A stretch of 64,000 nt of DNA from Escherichia coli (GTDB lineage Bacteria > Pseudomonadota > Gammaproteobacteria > Enterobacterales > Enterobacteriaceae). The stretch lies in the NCBI RefSeq assembly GCF_002854065.1, contig NZ_CP024147.1. The stretch is one strand, 5' to 3'. A program made the position numbers and the translations under genes. Of the stretch, positions 32,464 to 44,714 are shown in pieces. Each line of letters opens with the position of its first letter. Positions within the stretch are counted from its first letter, which is position 1. The notes below the pieces were generated by a model. It was not told where the DNA came from. It was given only the letters and a program-made list of their open reading frames with translations, and ran no database searches.

Positions 32464-33507
32464 ATGCGTATTGAAGAAGATCTGAAGTTAGGTTTTAAAG
32501 ACGTTCTCATCCGCCCTAAACGCTCCACTCTTAAAAGCCGTTCCGATGTTGAACTGGAACGTCAATTCACCTTCAAACATTCAGGTCAGAGCTGGTCCGG
32601 CGTGCCGATTATCGCCGCAAATATGGACACCGTAGGCACATTTTCTATGGCCTCTGCGCTGGCTTCTTTTGATATTTTGACTGCTGTGCATAAACACTAT
32701 TCTGTCGAAGAGTGGCAAGCGTTTATCAACAATTCTTCCGCTGATGTGCTGAAACATGTGATGGTTTCTACCGGTACGTCAAATGCGGATTTCGAAAAAA
32801 CTAAACAGATTCTCGACCTGAACCCGGCATTAAATTTCGTTTGTATTGACGTGGCGAATGGTTATTCCGAACACTTCGTACAGTTCGTTGCGAAAGCGCG
32901 TGAAGCGTGGCCGACCAAAACCATTTGTGCTGGCAACGTAGTGACTGGTGAAATGTGTGAGGAGCTTATCCTCTCCGGTGCCGATATCGTTAAAGTTGGC
33001 ATTGGCCCAGGTTCTGTTTGTACAACTCGCGTCAAAACAGGCGTCGGTTATCCGCAACTTTCTGCGGTAATCGAATGTGCCGATGCTGCGCACGGTCTGG
33101 GCGGAATGATCGTCAGCGATGGTGGCTGCACCACGCCGGGCGATGTCGCGAAAGCCTTTGGCGGCGGTGCCGATTTCGTCATGCTTGGCGGCATGCTGGC
33201 GGGCCACGAAGAGAGCGGCGGTCGCATCGTTGAGGAGAACGGCGAGAAATTTATGCTGTTCTACGGCATGAGCTCCGAGTCTGCGATGAAACGTCACGTT
33301 GGCGGCGTTGCGGAATATCGCGCAGCAGAAGGTAAAACCGTTAAGCTGCCGCTGCGAGGCCCGGTTGAAAATACCGCGCGTGATATTTTGGGCGGCCTGC
33401 GTTCAGCTTGTACATACGTTGGGGCTTCACGCCTGAAAGAACTGACCAAGCGCACCACATTTATCCGTGTGCAGGAACAAGAAAACCGCATCTTCAACAA
33501 CCTGTAA
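32464..33507 (+). CDS. guaC: GMP reductase
   Basis: 347-aa [42 protein letters not shown]... (IMPDH/GMPR family). Confidence 0.96.
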   Translation: MRIEEDLKLGFKDVLIRPKRSTLKSRSDVELERQFTFKHSGQSWSGVPIIAANMDTVGTFSMASALASFDILTAVHKHYSVEEWQAFINNSSADVLKHVMVSTGTSNADFEKTKQILDLNPALNFVCIDVANGYSEHFVQFVAKAREAWPTKTICAGNVVTGEMCEELILSGADIVKVGIGPGSVCTTRVKTGVGYPQLSAVIECADAAHGLGGMIVSDGGCTTPGDVAKAFGGGADFVMLGGMLAGHEESGGRIVEENGEKFMLFYGMSSESAMKRHVGGVAEYRAAEGKTVKLPLRGPVENTARDILGGLRSACTYVGASRLKELTKRTTFIRVQEQENRIFNNL

Positions 33508-33541
33508 TCTCCCAACGCTGGTGTGGAGCAACACGCCAGCG

Positions 33542-34744
33542 TTATCCCATCCCACTCATCGCATCGCCTAAATGGAAAATTGGCAGATACATCGCCACCA
33601 CCAGCGTACCGATAATTCCTCCCGTTATGATCAGCAACGCCGGTTCCAGTAAGGCTGCTAGGTTATCCGCCAGCGCCATTGTGTTATCCCGATGATGATG
33701 GGCGAGGTTGTCTAACATGAGATCCAGCGAGCCGGAGGCCTCTCCCGTTCTCACTAATTGCAAACAGAGCGGGCTAAACTCACCGGCATTTTTTAGCGCC
33801 AGCCAGATGGGATGACCGTTACTGATATCGTGCTGGATTTGTGTCAGAAGTTGCACCCAGTACGGGCAGCGCATTGTTTCTCTGACGCTCTCTACGCCCT
33901 GTAAAAAAGTAATGCCTGCACTTTGTGTCAGCGCCAGAATCGTAAAGATCTGCGTGAGTTTTTGTCCCCGCATCAGTGAGCCCATAATCGGGATGTGTAA
34001 CAGCAATTTCTGCCGCACGATAAGCCAGGTCGGTCGGCGCATCAGCAACTTATTGGCTATCGCCAGCAGAAAGCCGAACAACACCAGCAGCCAGCCCCAT
34101 TCGCCACTAAAGTCTGCCAGCGTCATGATCCCCTGCGTTAGTGCCGGTAGTGGGGTGTTGAAGGTCTTATAGATAGCGGCAAACTCCGGCAGAACAAAAT
34201 GCAGCATTGCCACAACCACCATGATTGCCATCGCTAAAATGATGATGGGATAACGCAACGCTGATTTCACTTTGTCGGTCAACTGACGCTGGGCTTTTTG
34301 CTGACGCGCCAGTTCAAAGCAGCATTCATCCAGCTTACCGGTCAGTTCACCCGTGCGGATCATCGCCTGATAGAGCGGCGGAAATACCTCTGACCAGGGT
34401 AATAAGGCATTGGAAAAAGCAATGCCCTGTTCGAGATCGTGCGCCAGCGATTGCAGCAACGCTTGCCATTGCTTACTGGGATGCTGTTCCGCCAGCAGAG
34501 CCAGCCCTTCAGAAAGAGTTAACCCGGCTTTAAGTAGCGTCGCCAGTTGATGAATGACTTCCGCGCTTTTATCTCCTCGCCACTGCGCAGAATTGATAGC
34601 AATTCGCTTCAGGCTTAGTGGAGTAACCATCTGTTGCTGTAGTGCCATGAGCAGCAAAGCACGGCTCTCTGCCCATCGCATCCCATCTTGCGCATTGCCG
34701 TCGCCGGTTATGCCATGCCAGCGCCAGAGTTGCTTACTCGCCAT
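33542..34744 (-). CDS. hofC: type IV pilus / T2SS-like inner-membrane platform protein (GspF/PilC family)
   Basis: 400-aa [24 protein letters not shown]... with hydrophobic TM segments. Confidence 0.92.
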   Translation of the reverse strand: MASKQLWRWHGITGDGNAQDGMRWAESRALLLMALQQQMVTPLSLKRIAINSAQWRGDKSAEVIHQLATLLKAGLTLSEGLALLAEQHPSKQWQALLQSLAHDLEQGIAFSNALLPWSEVFPPLYQAMIRTGELTGKLDECCFELARQQKAQRQLTDKVKSALRYPIIILAMAIMVVVAMLHFVLPEFAAIYKTFNTPLPALTQGIMTLADFSGEWGWLLVLFGFLLAIANKLLMRRPTWLIVRQKLLLHIPIMGSLMRGQKLTQIFTILALTQSAGITFLQGVESVRETMRCPYWVQLLTQIQHDISNGHPIWLALKNAGEFSPLCLQLVRTGEASGSLDLMLDNLAHHHRDNTMALADNLAALLEPALLIITGGIIGTLVVAMYLPIFHLGDAMSGMG

Positions 34745-36119
34745 GCGGCATCCCCAGTACGCAGATTAACTCTTCAAAGGTGGTTAAGCCTTGCTCCACG
34801 GCCAGGCAGCCGTTTTCAAAAAGCGTTCGCATACCCGCCTGTCGGGCGTGCGTTTCCAGCGATTCAACGTCGGTATTAGCGGAAATAAGCTGACGTATGA
34901 CCGGTGTTATGGGCAGAACTTCAAATAAGGCAGTGCGACCATAAAAACCGTGGTAGCAATGTACACAACCGGGTGCCTGCCAATGGGGCAGCGGCGACGG
35001 CCATACATTGTCTGGAATATGGATGGGCTCCCCTTGCTGGCGGCGACAATGTGGGCAAAGTTTACGTACCAGACGCTGGGCTATTACCAGCGTAAGCGCT
35101 GATGAGAGCATCCAGCGGGCGGCTCCCATTTGCTGTAAACGTACCAGCGTTTCAGTGGTGGAATTGGTGTGTAGGGTAGACAACACCAGGTGACCGGTTT
35201 GCGCGGCTTTAATGGCAATTTCTGCCGTTTCGCCATCGCGGATCTCTCCGATCATGATGACGTCAGGATCCTGGCGCAATAACGCACGCAAAACGCCCTG
35301 AAAGGTGAGTCCGGCACGCGGATGGATTTGCGTCTGGTTTAGTCCGGCTATGGGGATCTCAACCGGATCTTCGACGCTACAAATATTAATGTCAGCGGTA
35401 TTCAGCTTTTGCAGGGCACTATAAAGCGTGACCGTTTTGCCGCTGCCTGTAGGGCCAGTTACCAGCACCAGTCCCTGTGGTTGTTGCAAGGCATGAGCAA
35501 AGTCCGCCAGTTGTAATGGCTGCATTCCAAGCGCGTTGACATCCAGTGCCTGGCTCACCTGCTGTAACAACCTTAATACCACCTTTTCACCCCCCCGACA
35601 TGGTAAGGTCGCAATACGAAATGAGACGGCGTTTCCTGCCAGTTCGACAGTGAATTGCCCGTCCTGCGGCAGGCGATGTTCCGCAATATCCAGGTTTCCC
35701 AGTACTTTTAATCTGGCGGTTAATGCGACTCCGGCATCCGGTGAAACATCCGGTAAAGGATGCAATACGCCGTCGATACGCAAGCGGATGCGGTAGGCAT
35801 TGTCCGCTGGTTCGATATGAATATCAGACGCGCGTTGTTCCAGCGCAGATTGTAACGTTCGAGTCAGCAACTCTGCTTTGGGCTGATGCTTCTCCTGAAC
35901 AGCTACGGGCAATGTCTGTTGTGTGCGACTGGCGTGACCTTCCATTTGTTGGCGCGTCCAGCAGGTGATCTCAATACGTTTGGTGGTAGCGAAATGCAAT
36001 GCGTCCAGCAATTCATGTGAGGGGGCATCGACCACCGCAACATGAACCACTTCTTCGCTGGCATCCAGCAAGACTCCCTGATAACGCAAACACAGGGCGG
36101 TGAGCTGTGGAATATTCAT
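34734..36119 (-). CDS. hofB: type IV pilus assembly ATPase (GspE/PilB family)
   Basis: 461-aa ORF with Walker A GPTGSGKT and a C-terminal CPHC...CVHC metal-binding cluster; 11-nt overlap with hofC. Confidence 0.93.
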   Translation of the reverse strand: MNIPQLTALCLRYQGVLLDASEEVVHVAVVDAPSHELLDALHFATTKRIEITCWTRQQMEGHASRTQQTLPVAVQEKHQPKAELLTRTLQSALEQRASDIHIEPADNAYRIRLRIDGVLHPLPDVSPDAGVALTARLKVLGNLDIAEHRLPQDGQFTVELAGNAVSFRIATLPCRGGEKVVLRLLQQVSQALDVNALGMQPLQLADFAHALQQPQGLVLVTGPTGSGKTVTLYSALQKLNTADINICSVEDPVEIPIAGLNQTQIHPRAGLTFQGVLRALLRQDPDVIMIGEIRDGETAEIAIKAAQTGHLVLSTLHTNSTTETLVRLQQMGAARWMLSSALTLVIAQRLVRKLCPHCRRQQGEPIHIPDNVWPSPLPHWQAPGCVHCYHGFYGRTALFEVLPITPVIRQLISANTDVESLETHARQAGMRTLFENGCLAVEQGLTTFEELICVLGMPHGE

Positions 36120-36128
36120 TGCCGTTCC

Positions 36129-36569
36129 TTAGTTGGCGTCATCAAAACGGAAGACATCTTCGCAGGCTTGCTGCAATGCGCTGTCATTTCGAATATTGCA
36201 GTTGCGCGTCCAGCCGGTGACGCCGTTTGCGTTATCCCAACCTGGCGTCATGACGACGCTTAGCCCATTGAGACTTTCTTGCCCGGTCAGCGACACCACG
36301 CCCTTTGCCACACTCATGGCTGAAACATAGCGGGTGGTGGTAGGCGAGGGAATGCCATTGCTGCCACCGTCGCAGGTATCTAATCCACCATGTTCCAGCG
36401 CGCACAACTCTACGGCGGTACGGTAAGGCACAAAGGTTTGTAGCATGTCGGTGAGTGCGGCTTTGCGCAGGTAGTTTTGATAAGCGGGAATACCAATGGC
36501 GCTTAAAATGGCAATGATGCCAATAACCACCATCAGTTCGATAAGTGTAAAACCGCGTTGCTTGTCCAT
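36129..36569 (-). CDS. ppdD: type IV prepilin (major pilin subunit)
   Basis: 146-aa ORF MDKQRGFTLIELMVVIGIIAILSAIGIP...: short basic leader, G|FTLIE prepilin peptidase site, hydrophobic alpha1 helix. Confidence 0.93.
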   Translation of the reverse strand: MDKQRGFTLIELMVVIGIIAILSAIGIPAYQNYLRKAALTDMLQTFVPYRTAVELCALEHGGLDTCDGGSNGIPSPTTTRYVSAMSVAKGVVSLTGQESLNGLSVVMTPGWDNANGVTGWTRNCNIRNDSALQQACEDVFRFDDAN

Positions 36570-36771
36570 CTGTTTCGCTCCTTGATTTGGTTGGTGCTAC
36601 TTTGGCAAACGCCATCAGCACAGGCGAGGGGCAAAAAACGAAACGGGAAAGCTGCTTCCGAGGTTTTTTATTTCGTTGCAGTGAAAGACAAGAAATTTGC
36701 GAGGCGTTACGAAGAAGGTTGGGGAAGGGGAGATTATCCGCCCAGTATGGAGCGGATAAATCTGTCAGCTA

Positions 36772-37725
<954 letters not shown>

Positions 37726-37752
37726 TTAGCACCACATATAAGGAGATCCTGC

Positions 37753-38304
37753 ATGTTGTTAGAACAGGGGTGGCTGGTTGGCGCGCGCCGCGTTCCCTCA
37801 CCACATTACGATTGCCGCCCGGATGACGAAACACCCACCCTGCTGGTGGTGCACAATATTAGCCTGCCGCCAGGCGAGTTTGGCGGTCCGTGGATCGACG
37901 CATTATTCACTGGAACTATTGATCCGCAGGCACATCCTTTCTTTGCTGAGATCGCCCATTTGCGCGTCTCCGCTCACTGTTTGATTCGCCGTGATGGTGA
38001 AATAGTCCAGTATGTTCCTTTCGATAAACGTGCCTGGCATGCGGGAGTCTCTCAGTATCAGGGGCGCGAACGCTGCAATGATTTTTCTATTGGGATTGAG
38101 CTTGAAGGCACCGATACGCTGGCGTATACCGATGCGCAGTATCAACAGCTTGCGGCGGTTACGCGGGCACTGATTGATCGCTATCCAGATATCGCTAATA
38201 ACATGACGGGCCATTGTGATATTGCGCCGGATCGGAAAACCGATCCCGGCCCTGCATTTGATTGGGCACGGTTTCGTGCGCTGGTCAGCAAGGAGACAAC
38301 ATGA
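37753..38304 (+). CDS. ampD: 1,6-anhydro-N-acetylmuramyl-L-alanine amidase
   Basis: 183-aa [48 protein letters not shown]... Confidence 0.95.
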   Translation: MLLEQGWLVGARRVPSPHYDCRPDDETPTLLVVHNISLPPGEFGGPWIDALFTGTIDPQAHPFFAEIAHLRVSAHCLIRRDGEIVQYVPFDKRAWHAGVSQYQGRERCNDFSIGIELEGTDTLAYTDAQYQQLAAVTRALIDRYPDIANNMTGHCDIAPDRKTDPGPAFDWARFRALVSKETT

Positions 38305-39155
38305 CGCTATTTACAACCTTACTGGTGTTAATTTTCGAGCGCCTGTTTAAGTTGGGCGAGCACTGGCAGCTTGATCATCGTCTTGAAGCGTTCTTTCGGC
38401 GGGTGAAACATTTTTCTCTCGGGCGCACGTTAGGCATGACCATTATTGCGATGGGCGTGACTTTTTTACTGTTACGCGCATTGCAGGGAGTATTGTTCAA
38501 CGTTCCCACGCTGCTGGTGTGGCTGCTGATTGGTTTGCTGTGTATTGGCGCAGGTAAAGTTCGTCTTCATTATCATGCTTATCTGACAGCTGCTTCACGT
38601 AATGATAGCCATGCCCGTGCCACGATGGCTGGCGAACTCACCATGATTCACGGCGTCCCGGCAGGCTGCGACGAACGTGAGTATTTGCGTGAGCTGCAAA
38701 ATGCATTGCTGTGGATTAACTTTCGTTTTTATCTTGCACCGCTGTTCTGGCTGATTGTGGGGGGAACCTGGGGACCCGTTACGCTGATGGGGTATGCGTT
38801 CTTGCGTGCATGGCAATACTGGCTGGCGCGATACCAGACGCCGCATCATCGTTTACAGTCCGGCATTGATGCCGTGCTTCATGTACTGGATTGGGTGCCA
38901 GTTCGTCTTGCGGGTGTGGTATATGCCTTGATCGGTCATTGTGAGAAAGCGTTACCGGCCTGGTTTGCTTCGCTGGGTGATTTCCATACTTCGCAGTATC
39001 AGGTGTTAACGCGTCTGGCGCAGTTCTCTCTGGCGCGTGAACCGCATGTCGATAAGGTGGAGACGCCGAAGGCAGCGGTTTCAATGGCGAAGAAAACCTC
39101 GTTCGTGGTCGTGGTGGTGATTGCGCTACTGACGATTTACGGGGCGTTGGTGTAA
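38301..39155 (+). CDS. ampE: inner-membrane protein AmpE
   Basis: Track ORF 38262..39155 trimmed to the ATG at 38301 ([27 protein letters not shown]..., 284 aa); ATGA overlap with the ampD stop. Confidence 0.92.
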   Translation: MTLFTTLLVLIFERLFKLGEHWQLDHRLEAFFRRVKHFSLGRTLGMTIIAMGVTFLLLRALQGVLFNVPTLLVWLLIGLLCIGAGKVRLHYHAYLTAASRNDSHARATMAGELTMIHGVPAGCDEREYLRELQNALLWINFRFYLAPLFWLIVGGTWGPVTLMGYAFLRAWQYWLARYQTPHHRLQSGIDAVLHVLDWVPVRLAGVVYALIGHCEKALPAWFASLGDFHTSQYQVLTRLAQFSLAREPHVDKVETPKAAVSMAKKTSFVVVVVIALLTIYGALV

Positions 39156-39163
39156 AGATTATT

Positions 39164-39188
39164 GCCCTCACCGTGTACAGGTGAGGGC
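39164..39188. terminator. hairpin between convergent ampE and aroP (candidate bidirectional terminator)
   Basis: gccctcacc gtgtaca ggtgagggc perfect 9-bp stem; flanking U-tracts are weak. Confidence 0.45.
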
Positions 39189-39197
39189 GTAGAGAGA

Positions 39198-40571
39198 TTA
39201 ATGCGCTTTTACGGCTTTGGCGGTTTTCTCTTTAAACAGATAGCCGATACCTAACACGATCAGCCATACCGGGATCAGGTATACCGAAATCGCCATTCCT
39301 GGGGTCATCAGCATAATCACCAGTACCGCCGCCATAAACAGCAGGCAGATCCAGTTACCCAGCGGATAAAGCAGAGCAGGGAAGCGAGTTACCACGCCTT
39401 GTTCCTGCTTGGCGCGACGGAATTTCATATGCGCCAGGCTAATCATCGCCCAGTTGATCACCAGTGCAGATACCACCAGCGCCATTAACAGGCCAAATGC
39501 GGATTCCGGAGCAAGATAGTTAATCAGTACGCACAATGCCGTTACCAGTGCAGACACCAGAATGGTGTTAACCGGTACGCCGCGTTTATCGACAGACGCC
39601 AGCGCTTTTGGCGCATTACCCTGTTGTGCCAGACCAAACAGCATACGGCTGTTGCAATATACGCAGCTGTTGTACACGGAGAGCGCCGCAGTCAGCACCA
39701 CGATGTTCAGCGCATTCGCCACAAAGGTATCGCCTAACTCGTGGAAGATCAGCACAAACGGACTGGTATCGGCGGTAACGCGGGTCCACGGCATCAGTGA
39801 GAGCAGAACGGCTAACGAACCAATATAGAAAATCAGGATGCGGTAGATAACCTGGTTAGTTGCTTTCGGGATACTTTGCTCCGGGTTATCAGCTTCTGCT
39901 GCGGTGATCCCCACCAGTTCCAGACCACCGAACGAGAACATGATAATCGCCATCATCATCACCAGCCCGGTGAAGCCGTGCGGCAGGAAACCACCTTGAT
40001 CCCACAGGTTGCTAACGGTCGCCTGCGGGCCGCCGTTGCCACTGAATAGCAGCCAGCCGCCGAAGATGATCATCGCTACTACCGCAATAACTTTGATAAT
40101 GGCAAACCAGAACTCCATCTCACCAAACACTTTTACGTTGGTCAGGTTGATGGCGTTAATCACCACAAAGAACACGGCGGCAGAAACCCAGGTTGGGATT
40201 TCCGGATACCAGAACTGAATGTATTTACCCACAGCAGTCAGCTCTGCCATGGCAACTAAAACGTACAGTACCCAGTAGTTCCAGCCAGAAGCGAAGCCAG
40301 CAAAGCTGCCCCAGTATTTATAAGCAAAGTGGCTAAAGGAGCCTGCGACAGGTTCTTCGACCACCATTTCACCCAGCTGACGCATGATCAGAAAGGCGAT
40401 AAAACCAGCAATGGCGTAACCCAGGATAATTCCTGGCCCTGCGGACTGTATTACGGAGGCGCTACCCAGGAATAGTCCTGTCCCTATCGCGCCACCCAGC
40501 GCGATAAGCTGAATATGGCGGTTTTTAAGGCCGCGCTTTAGCTGCTCGCCGTGCTGTTGACCTTCCATCAT
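39198..40571 (-). CDS. aroP: aromatic amino acid:H+ symporter (APC family)
   Basis: 457-aa ORF MMEGQQHGEQLKRGLKNRHIQLIALGGAIGTGLFLGSASVIQ... Confidence 0.96.
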   Translation of the reverse strand: MMEGQQHGEQLKRGLKNRHIQLIALGGAIGTGLFLGSASVIQSAGPGIILGYAIAGFIAFLIMRQLGEMVVEEPVAGSFSHFAYKYWGSFAGFASGWNYWVLYVLVAMAELTAVGKYIQFWYPEIPTWVSAAVFFVVINAINLTNVKVFGEMEFWFAIIKVIAVVAMIIFGGWLLFSGNGGPQATVSNLWDQGGFLPHGFTGLVMMMAIIMFSFGGLELVGITAAEADNPEQSIPKATNQVIYRILIFYIGSLAVLLSLMPWTRVTADTSPFVLIFHELGDTFVANALNIVVLTAALSVYNSCVYCNSRMLFGLAQQGNAPKALASVDKRGVPVNTILVSALVTALCVLINYLAPESAFGLLMALVVSALVINWAMISLAHMKFRRAKQEQGVVTRFPALLYPLGNWICLLFMAAVLVIMLMTPGMAISVYLIPVWLIVLGIGYLFKEKTAKAVKAH

Positions 40572-41111
40572 GAAACCTCGTGCGGTGATTGTTTTTTTGA
40601 TCTACGCAGTGATGCGTGTGTAAGTTTGCAATTCCGTTTGTTGTATTAATTTGTTTACATCAAAGAAGTTTGAATTGTTACAAAAAGACTTCCGTCAGAT
40701 CAAGAATAATGGTATGCGGCAGCGAATGCACCCGCTTTATGCATGGTTGAAGATGAGTTGCTTAAAAAGAAACCGTTTGTAAAGCTCAGCCTCAACCCCT
40801 CTCAATATGCAGAATGAATTTAAATTCGTTTTAATAGAATTAAAAATCACAAAATTGGTAAGTGAATCGGTTCAATTCGGATTTTTATAGTTTAATAATC
40901 GTTAAAAAATCCCTTTCCTACGTAAAGTCTACATTTGTGCATAGTTACAACTTTGAAACGTTATATATGTCAAGTTGTTAAAATGTGCACAGTTTCATGA
41001 TTTCAATCAAAACCTGTATGGACATAAGGTGAATACTTTGTTACTTTAGCGTCACAGACATGAAATTGGTAAGACCAATTGACTTCGGCAAGTGGCTTAA
41101 GACAGGAACTC

Positions 41112-41876
41112 ATGGCCTACAGCAAAATCCGCCAACCAAAACTCTCCGATGTGATTGAGCAGCAACTGGAGTTTTTGATCCTCGAAGGCACTCTCCGCCC
41201 GGGCGAAAAACTCCCACCGGAACGCGAACTGGCAAAACAGTTTGACGTCTCCCGTCCCTCATTGCGTGAGGCGATTCAACGTCTCGAAGCGAAGGGCTTG
41301 TTGCTTCGTCGCCAGGGTGGCGGCACTTTTGTCCAGAGCAGCCTATGGCAAAGCTTCAGCGATCCGCTGGTGGAGCTGCTCTCCGACCATCCTGAATCAC
41401 AGTATGACTTGCTCGAAACACGACACGCCCTGGAAGGTATCGCCGCTTATTACGCCGCGCTGCGTAGTACCGATGAAGACAAGGAACGCATCCGTGAACT
41501 CCACCACGCCATAGAACTGGCGCAGCAGTCTGGCGATCTGGACGCGGAATCAAACGCCGTACTCCAGTATCAGATTGCCGTCACCGAAGCGGCCCACAAT
41601 GTGGTTCTGCTTCATCTGCTAAGGTGTATGGAGCCGATGTTGGCCCAGAATGTCCGCCAGAACTTCGAATTGCTCTATTCGCGTCGCGAGATGCTGCCGC
41701 TGGTGAGTAGTCACCGCACCCGCATATTTGAAGCGATTATGGCCGGTAAGCCGGAAGAAGCGCGCGAAGCATCGCATCGCCATCTGGCCTTTATCGAAGA
41801 AATTTTGCTCGACAGAAGCCGTGAAGAAAGCCGCCGTGAGCGTTCTCTGCGTCGTCTGGAGCAACGAAAGAATTAG
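41112..41876 (+). CDS. pdhR: pyruvate dehydrogenase complex repressor (GntR/FadR family)
   Basis: Track ORF 41079..41876 trimmed to the ATG at 41112 ([48 protein letters not shown]..., 254 aa). Confidence 0.93.
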
Positions 41877-42036
41877 TGATTTTTCTGGTGAAAATTATCC
41901 AGAAGATGTTGTAAATCAAGCGCATATAAAAGCGCGGCAACTAAACGTAGAACCTGTCTTATTGAGCTTTCCGGCGAGAGTTCAATGGGACAGGTTCCAG
42001 AAAACTCAACGTTATTAGATAGATAAGGAATAACCC

Positions 42037-44700
42037 ATGTCAGAACGTTTCCCAAATGACGTGGATCCGATCGAAACTCGCGACTGGCTCCAGGCGATCG
42101 AATCGGTCATCCGTGAAGAAGGTGTTGAGCGTGCTCAGTATCTGATCGACCAACTGCTTGCTGAAGCCCGCAAAGGCGGTGTCAACGTAGCCGCAGGCAC
42201 CGGTATCAGCAACTACATCAACACCATCCCCGTTGAAGAACAACCGGAGTATCCGGGTAATCTGGAACTGGAACGCCGTATTCGTTCAGCTATCCGCTGG
42301 AACGCCATCATGACGGTTCTGCGTGCGTCGAAAAAAGACCTCGAACTGGGCGGCCACATGGCGTCCTTCCAGTCTTCCGCAACCATTTATGATGTGTGCT
42401 TTAACCACTTCTTCCGTGCACGCAACGAGCAGGATGGCGGCGACCTGGTTTACTTCCAGGGCCACATCTCCCCGGGCGTGTACGCTCGTGCTTTCCTGGA
42501 AGGTCGTCTGACTCAAGAGCAGCTGGATAACTTCCGTCAGGAAGTTCACGGCAATGGCCTCTCTTCCTATCCGCACCCGAAATTGATGCCGGAATTCTGG
42601 CAGTTCCCGACCGTATCTATGGGTCTGGGTCCGATTGGTGCTATTTACCAGGCTAAATTCCTGAAATATCTGGAACACCGTGGCCTGAAAGATACCTCTA
42701 AACAGACCGTTTACGCGTTCCTCGGCGACGGTGAAATGGACGAACCGGAATCCAAAGGTGCGATCACCATCGCTACCCGTGAAAAACTGGATAACCTGGT
42801 CTTCGTTATCAACTGTAACCTGCAGCGTCTTGACGGCCCGGTCACCGGTAACGGCAAGATCATCAACGAACTGGAAGGCATCTTCGAAGGTGCTGGCTGG
42901 AACGTGATCAAAGTGATGTGGGGTAGCCGTTGGGATGAACTGCTGCGTAAAGATACCAGCGGTAAACTGATCCAGCTGATGAACGAAACCGTTGACGGCG
43001 ACTACCAGACCTTCAAATCGAAAGATGGTGCGTACGTTCGTGAACACTTCTTCGGTAAATATCCTGAAACCGCAGCACTGGTTGCAGACTGGACTGACGA
43101 GCAGATCTGGGCACTGAACCGTGGTGGTCACGATCCGAAGAAAATCTACGCTGCATTCAAGAAAGCGCAGGAAACCAAAGGCAAAGCGACGGTAATCCTT
43201 GCTCATACCATTAAAGGTTACGGCATGGGCGACGCGGCTGAAGGTAAAAACATCGCGCACCAGGTTAAGAAAATGAACATGGACGGTGTGCGTCACATCC
43301 GCGACCGTTTCAATGTGCCGGTGTCTGATGCAGATATCGAAAAACTGCCGTACATCACCTTCCCGGAAGGTTCTGAAGAGCATACCTATCTGCACGCACA
43401 GCGTCAGAAACTGCACGGTTATCTGCCAAGCCGTCAGCCGAACTTCACCGAGAAGCTTGAGCTGCCAAGCCTGCAAGACTTCGGCGCGCTGCTGGAAGAG
43501 CAGAGCAAAGAGATCTCTACCACTATCGCTTTCGTTCGTGCCCTGAACGTGATGCTGAAGAACAAGTCGATCAAAGATCGTCTGGTACCGATCATCGCCG
43601 ACGAAGCGCGTACTTTCGGTATGGAAGGTCTGTTCCGTCAGATTGGTATTTACAGCCCGAACGGTCAGCAGTACACCCCGCAGGACCGCGAGCAGGTTGC
43701 TTACTATAAAGAAGACGAGAAAGGTCAGATTCTGCAGGAAGGGATCAACGAGCTGGGCGCAGGTTGTTCCTGGCTGGCAGCGGCGACCTCTTACAGCACC
43801 AACAATCTGCCGATGATTCCGTTCTACATCTATTACTCGATGTTCGGCTTCCAGCGTATCGGCGATCTGTGCTGGGCGGCTGGCGACCAGCAAGCGCGTG
43901 GCTTCCTGATCGGCGGTACTTCCGGTCGTACCACCCTGAACGGTGAAGGTCTGCAGCACGAAGATGGTCACAGCCACATTCAGTCGCTGACTATTCCGAA
44001 CTGTATCTCTTACGACCCGGCTTACGCTTACGAAGTTGCTGTCATCATGCATGACGGTCTGGAGCGTATGTACGGTGAAAAACAAGAGAACGTTTACTAC
44101 TACATCACTACGCTGAACGAAAACTACCACATGCCGGCAATGCCGGAAGGTGCTGAGGAAGGTATCCGTAAAGGTATCTACAAACTCGAAACCATTGAAG
44201 GTAGCAAAGGTAAAGTTCAGCTGCTCGGCTCCGGTTCTATCCTGCGTCACGTCCGTGAAGCAGCAGAGATCCTGGCGAAAGATTACGGCGTAGGTTCTGA
44301 CGTTTATAGCGTGACTTCCTTCACCGAACTGGCGCGTGATGGTCAGGATTGTGAACGCTGGAACATGCTGCACCCGCTGGAAACTCCGCGCGTTCCGTAT
44401 ATCGCTCAGGTGATGAACGACGCTCCGGCAGTGGCATCTACCGACTATATGAAACTGTTCGCTGAGCAGGTCCGTACTTACGTACCGGCTGACGACTACC
44501 GCGTACTGGGTACTGATGGCTTCGGTCGTTCCGACAGTCGTGAGAACCTGCGTCACCACTTCGAAGTTGATGCTTCTTATGTTGTGGTTGCGGCGCTGGG
44601 CGAACTGGCTAAACGTGGCGAAATCGATAAGAAAGTGGTTGCTGACGCAATCGCCAAATTCAACATCGATGCAGATAAAGTTAACCCGCGTCTGGCGTAA
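42037..44700 (+). CDS. aceE: pyruvate dehydrogenase E1 component
   Basis: 887-aa [44 protein letters not shown]... Confidence 0.98.
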
Positions 44701-44714
44701 GAGGTAAAAGAATA

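Noticed and set aside
33514-33543. Inverted repeat aacgctggtgtg gagcaa cacgccagcgtt between guaC and hofC as a bidirectional terminator.
   Set aside because: A strong 12-bp stem but no U-tract on either strand, and it overlaps the hofC stop codon. It may be a protein-binding palindrome or a rho-dependent element; I cannot tell from sequence.
42286-44559. 757-aa reverse-strand ORF spanning almost all of aceE; similar long antisense ORFs lie opposite aceF (45423..46652), secA (28578..29708), ftsZ (24170..25351), lpd (47409..48266) and acnB (51301..52197).
   Set aside because: These lie exactly antisense to highly expressed genes. Strong codon bias there avoids TTA, CTA and TCA, which are the complements of stop codons, so the antisense frame stays open by chance. 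The translations are low-complexity and resemble no known protein family.
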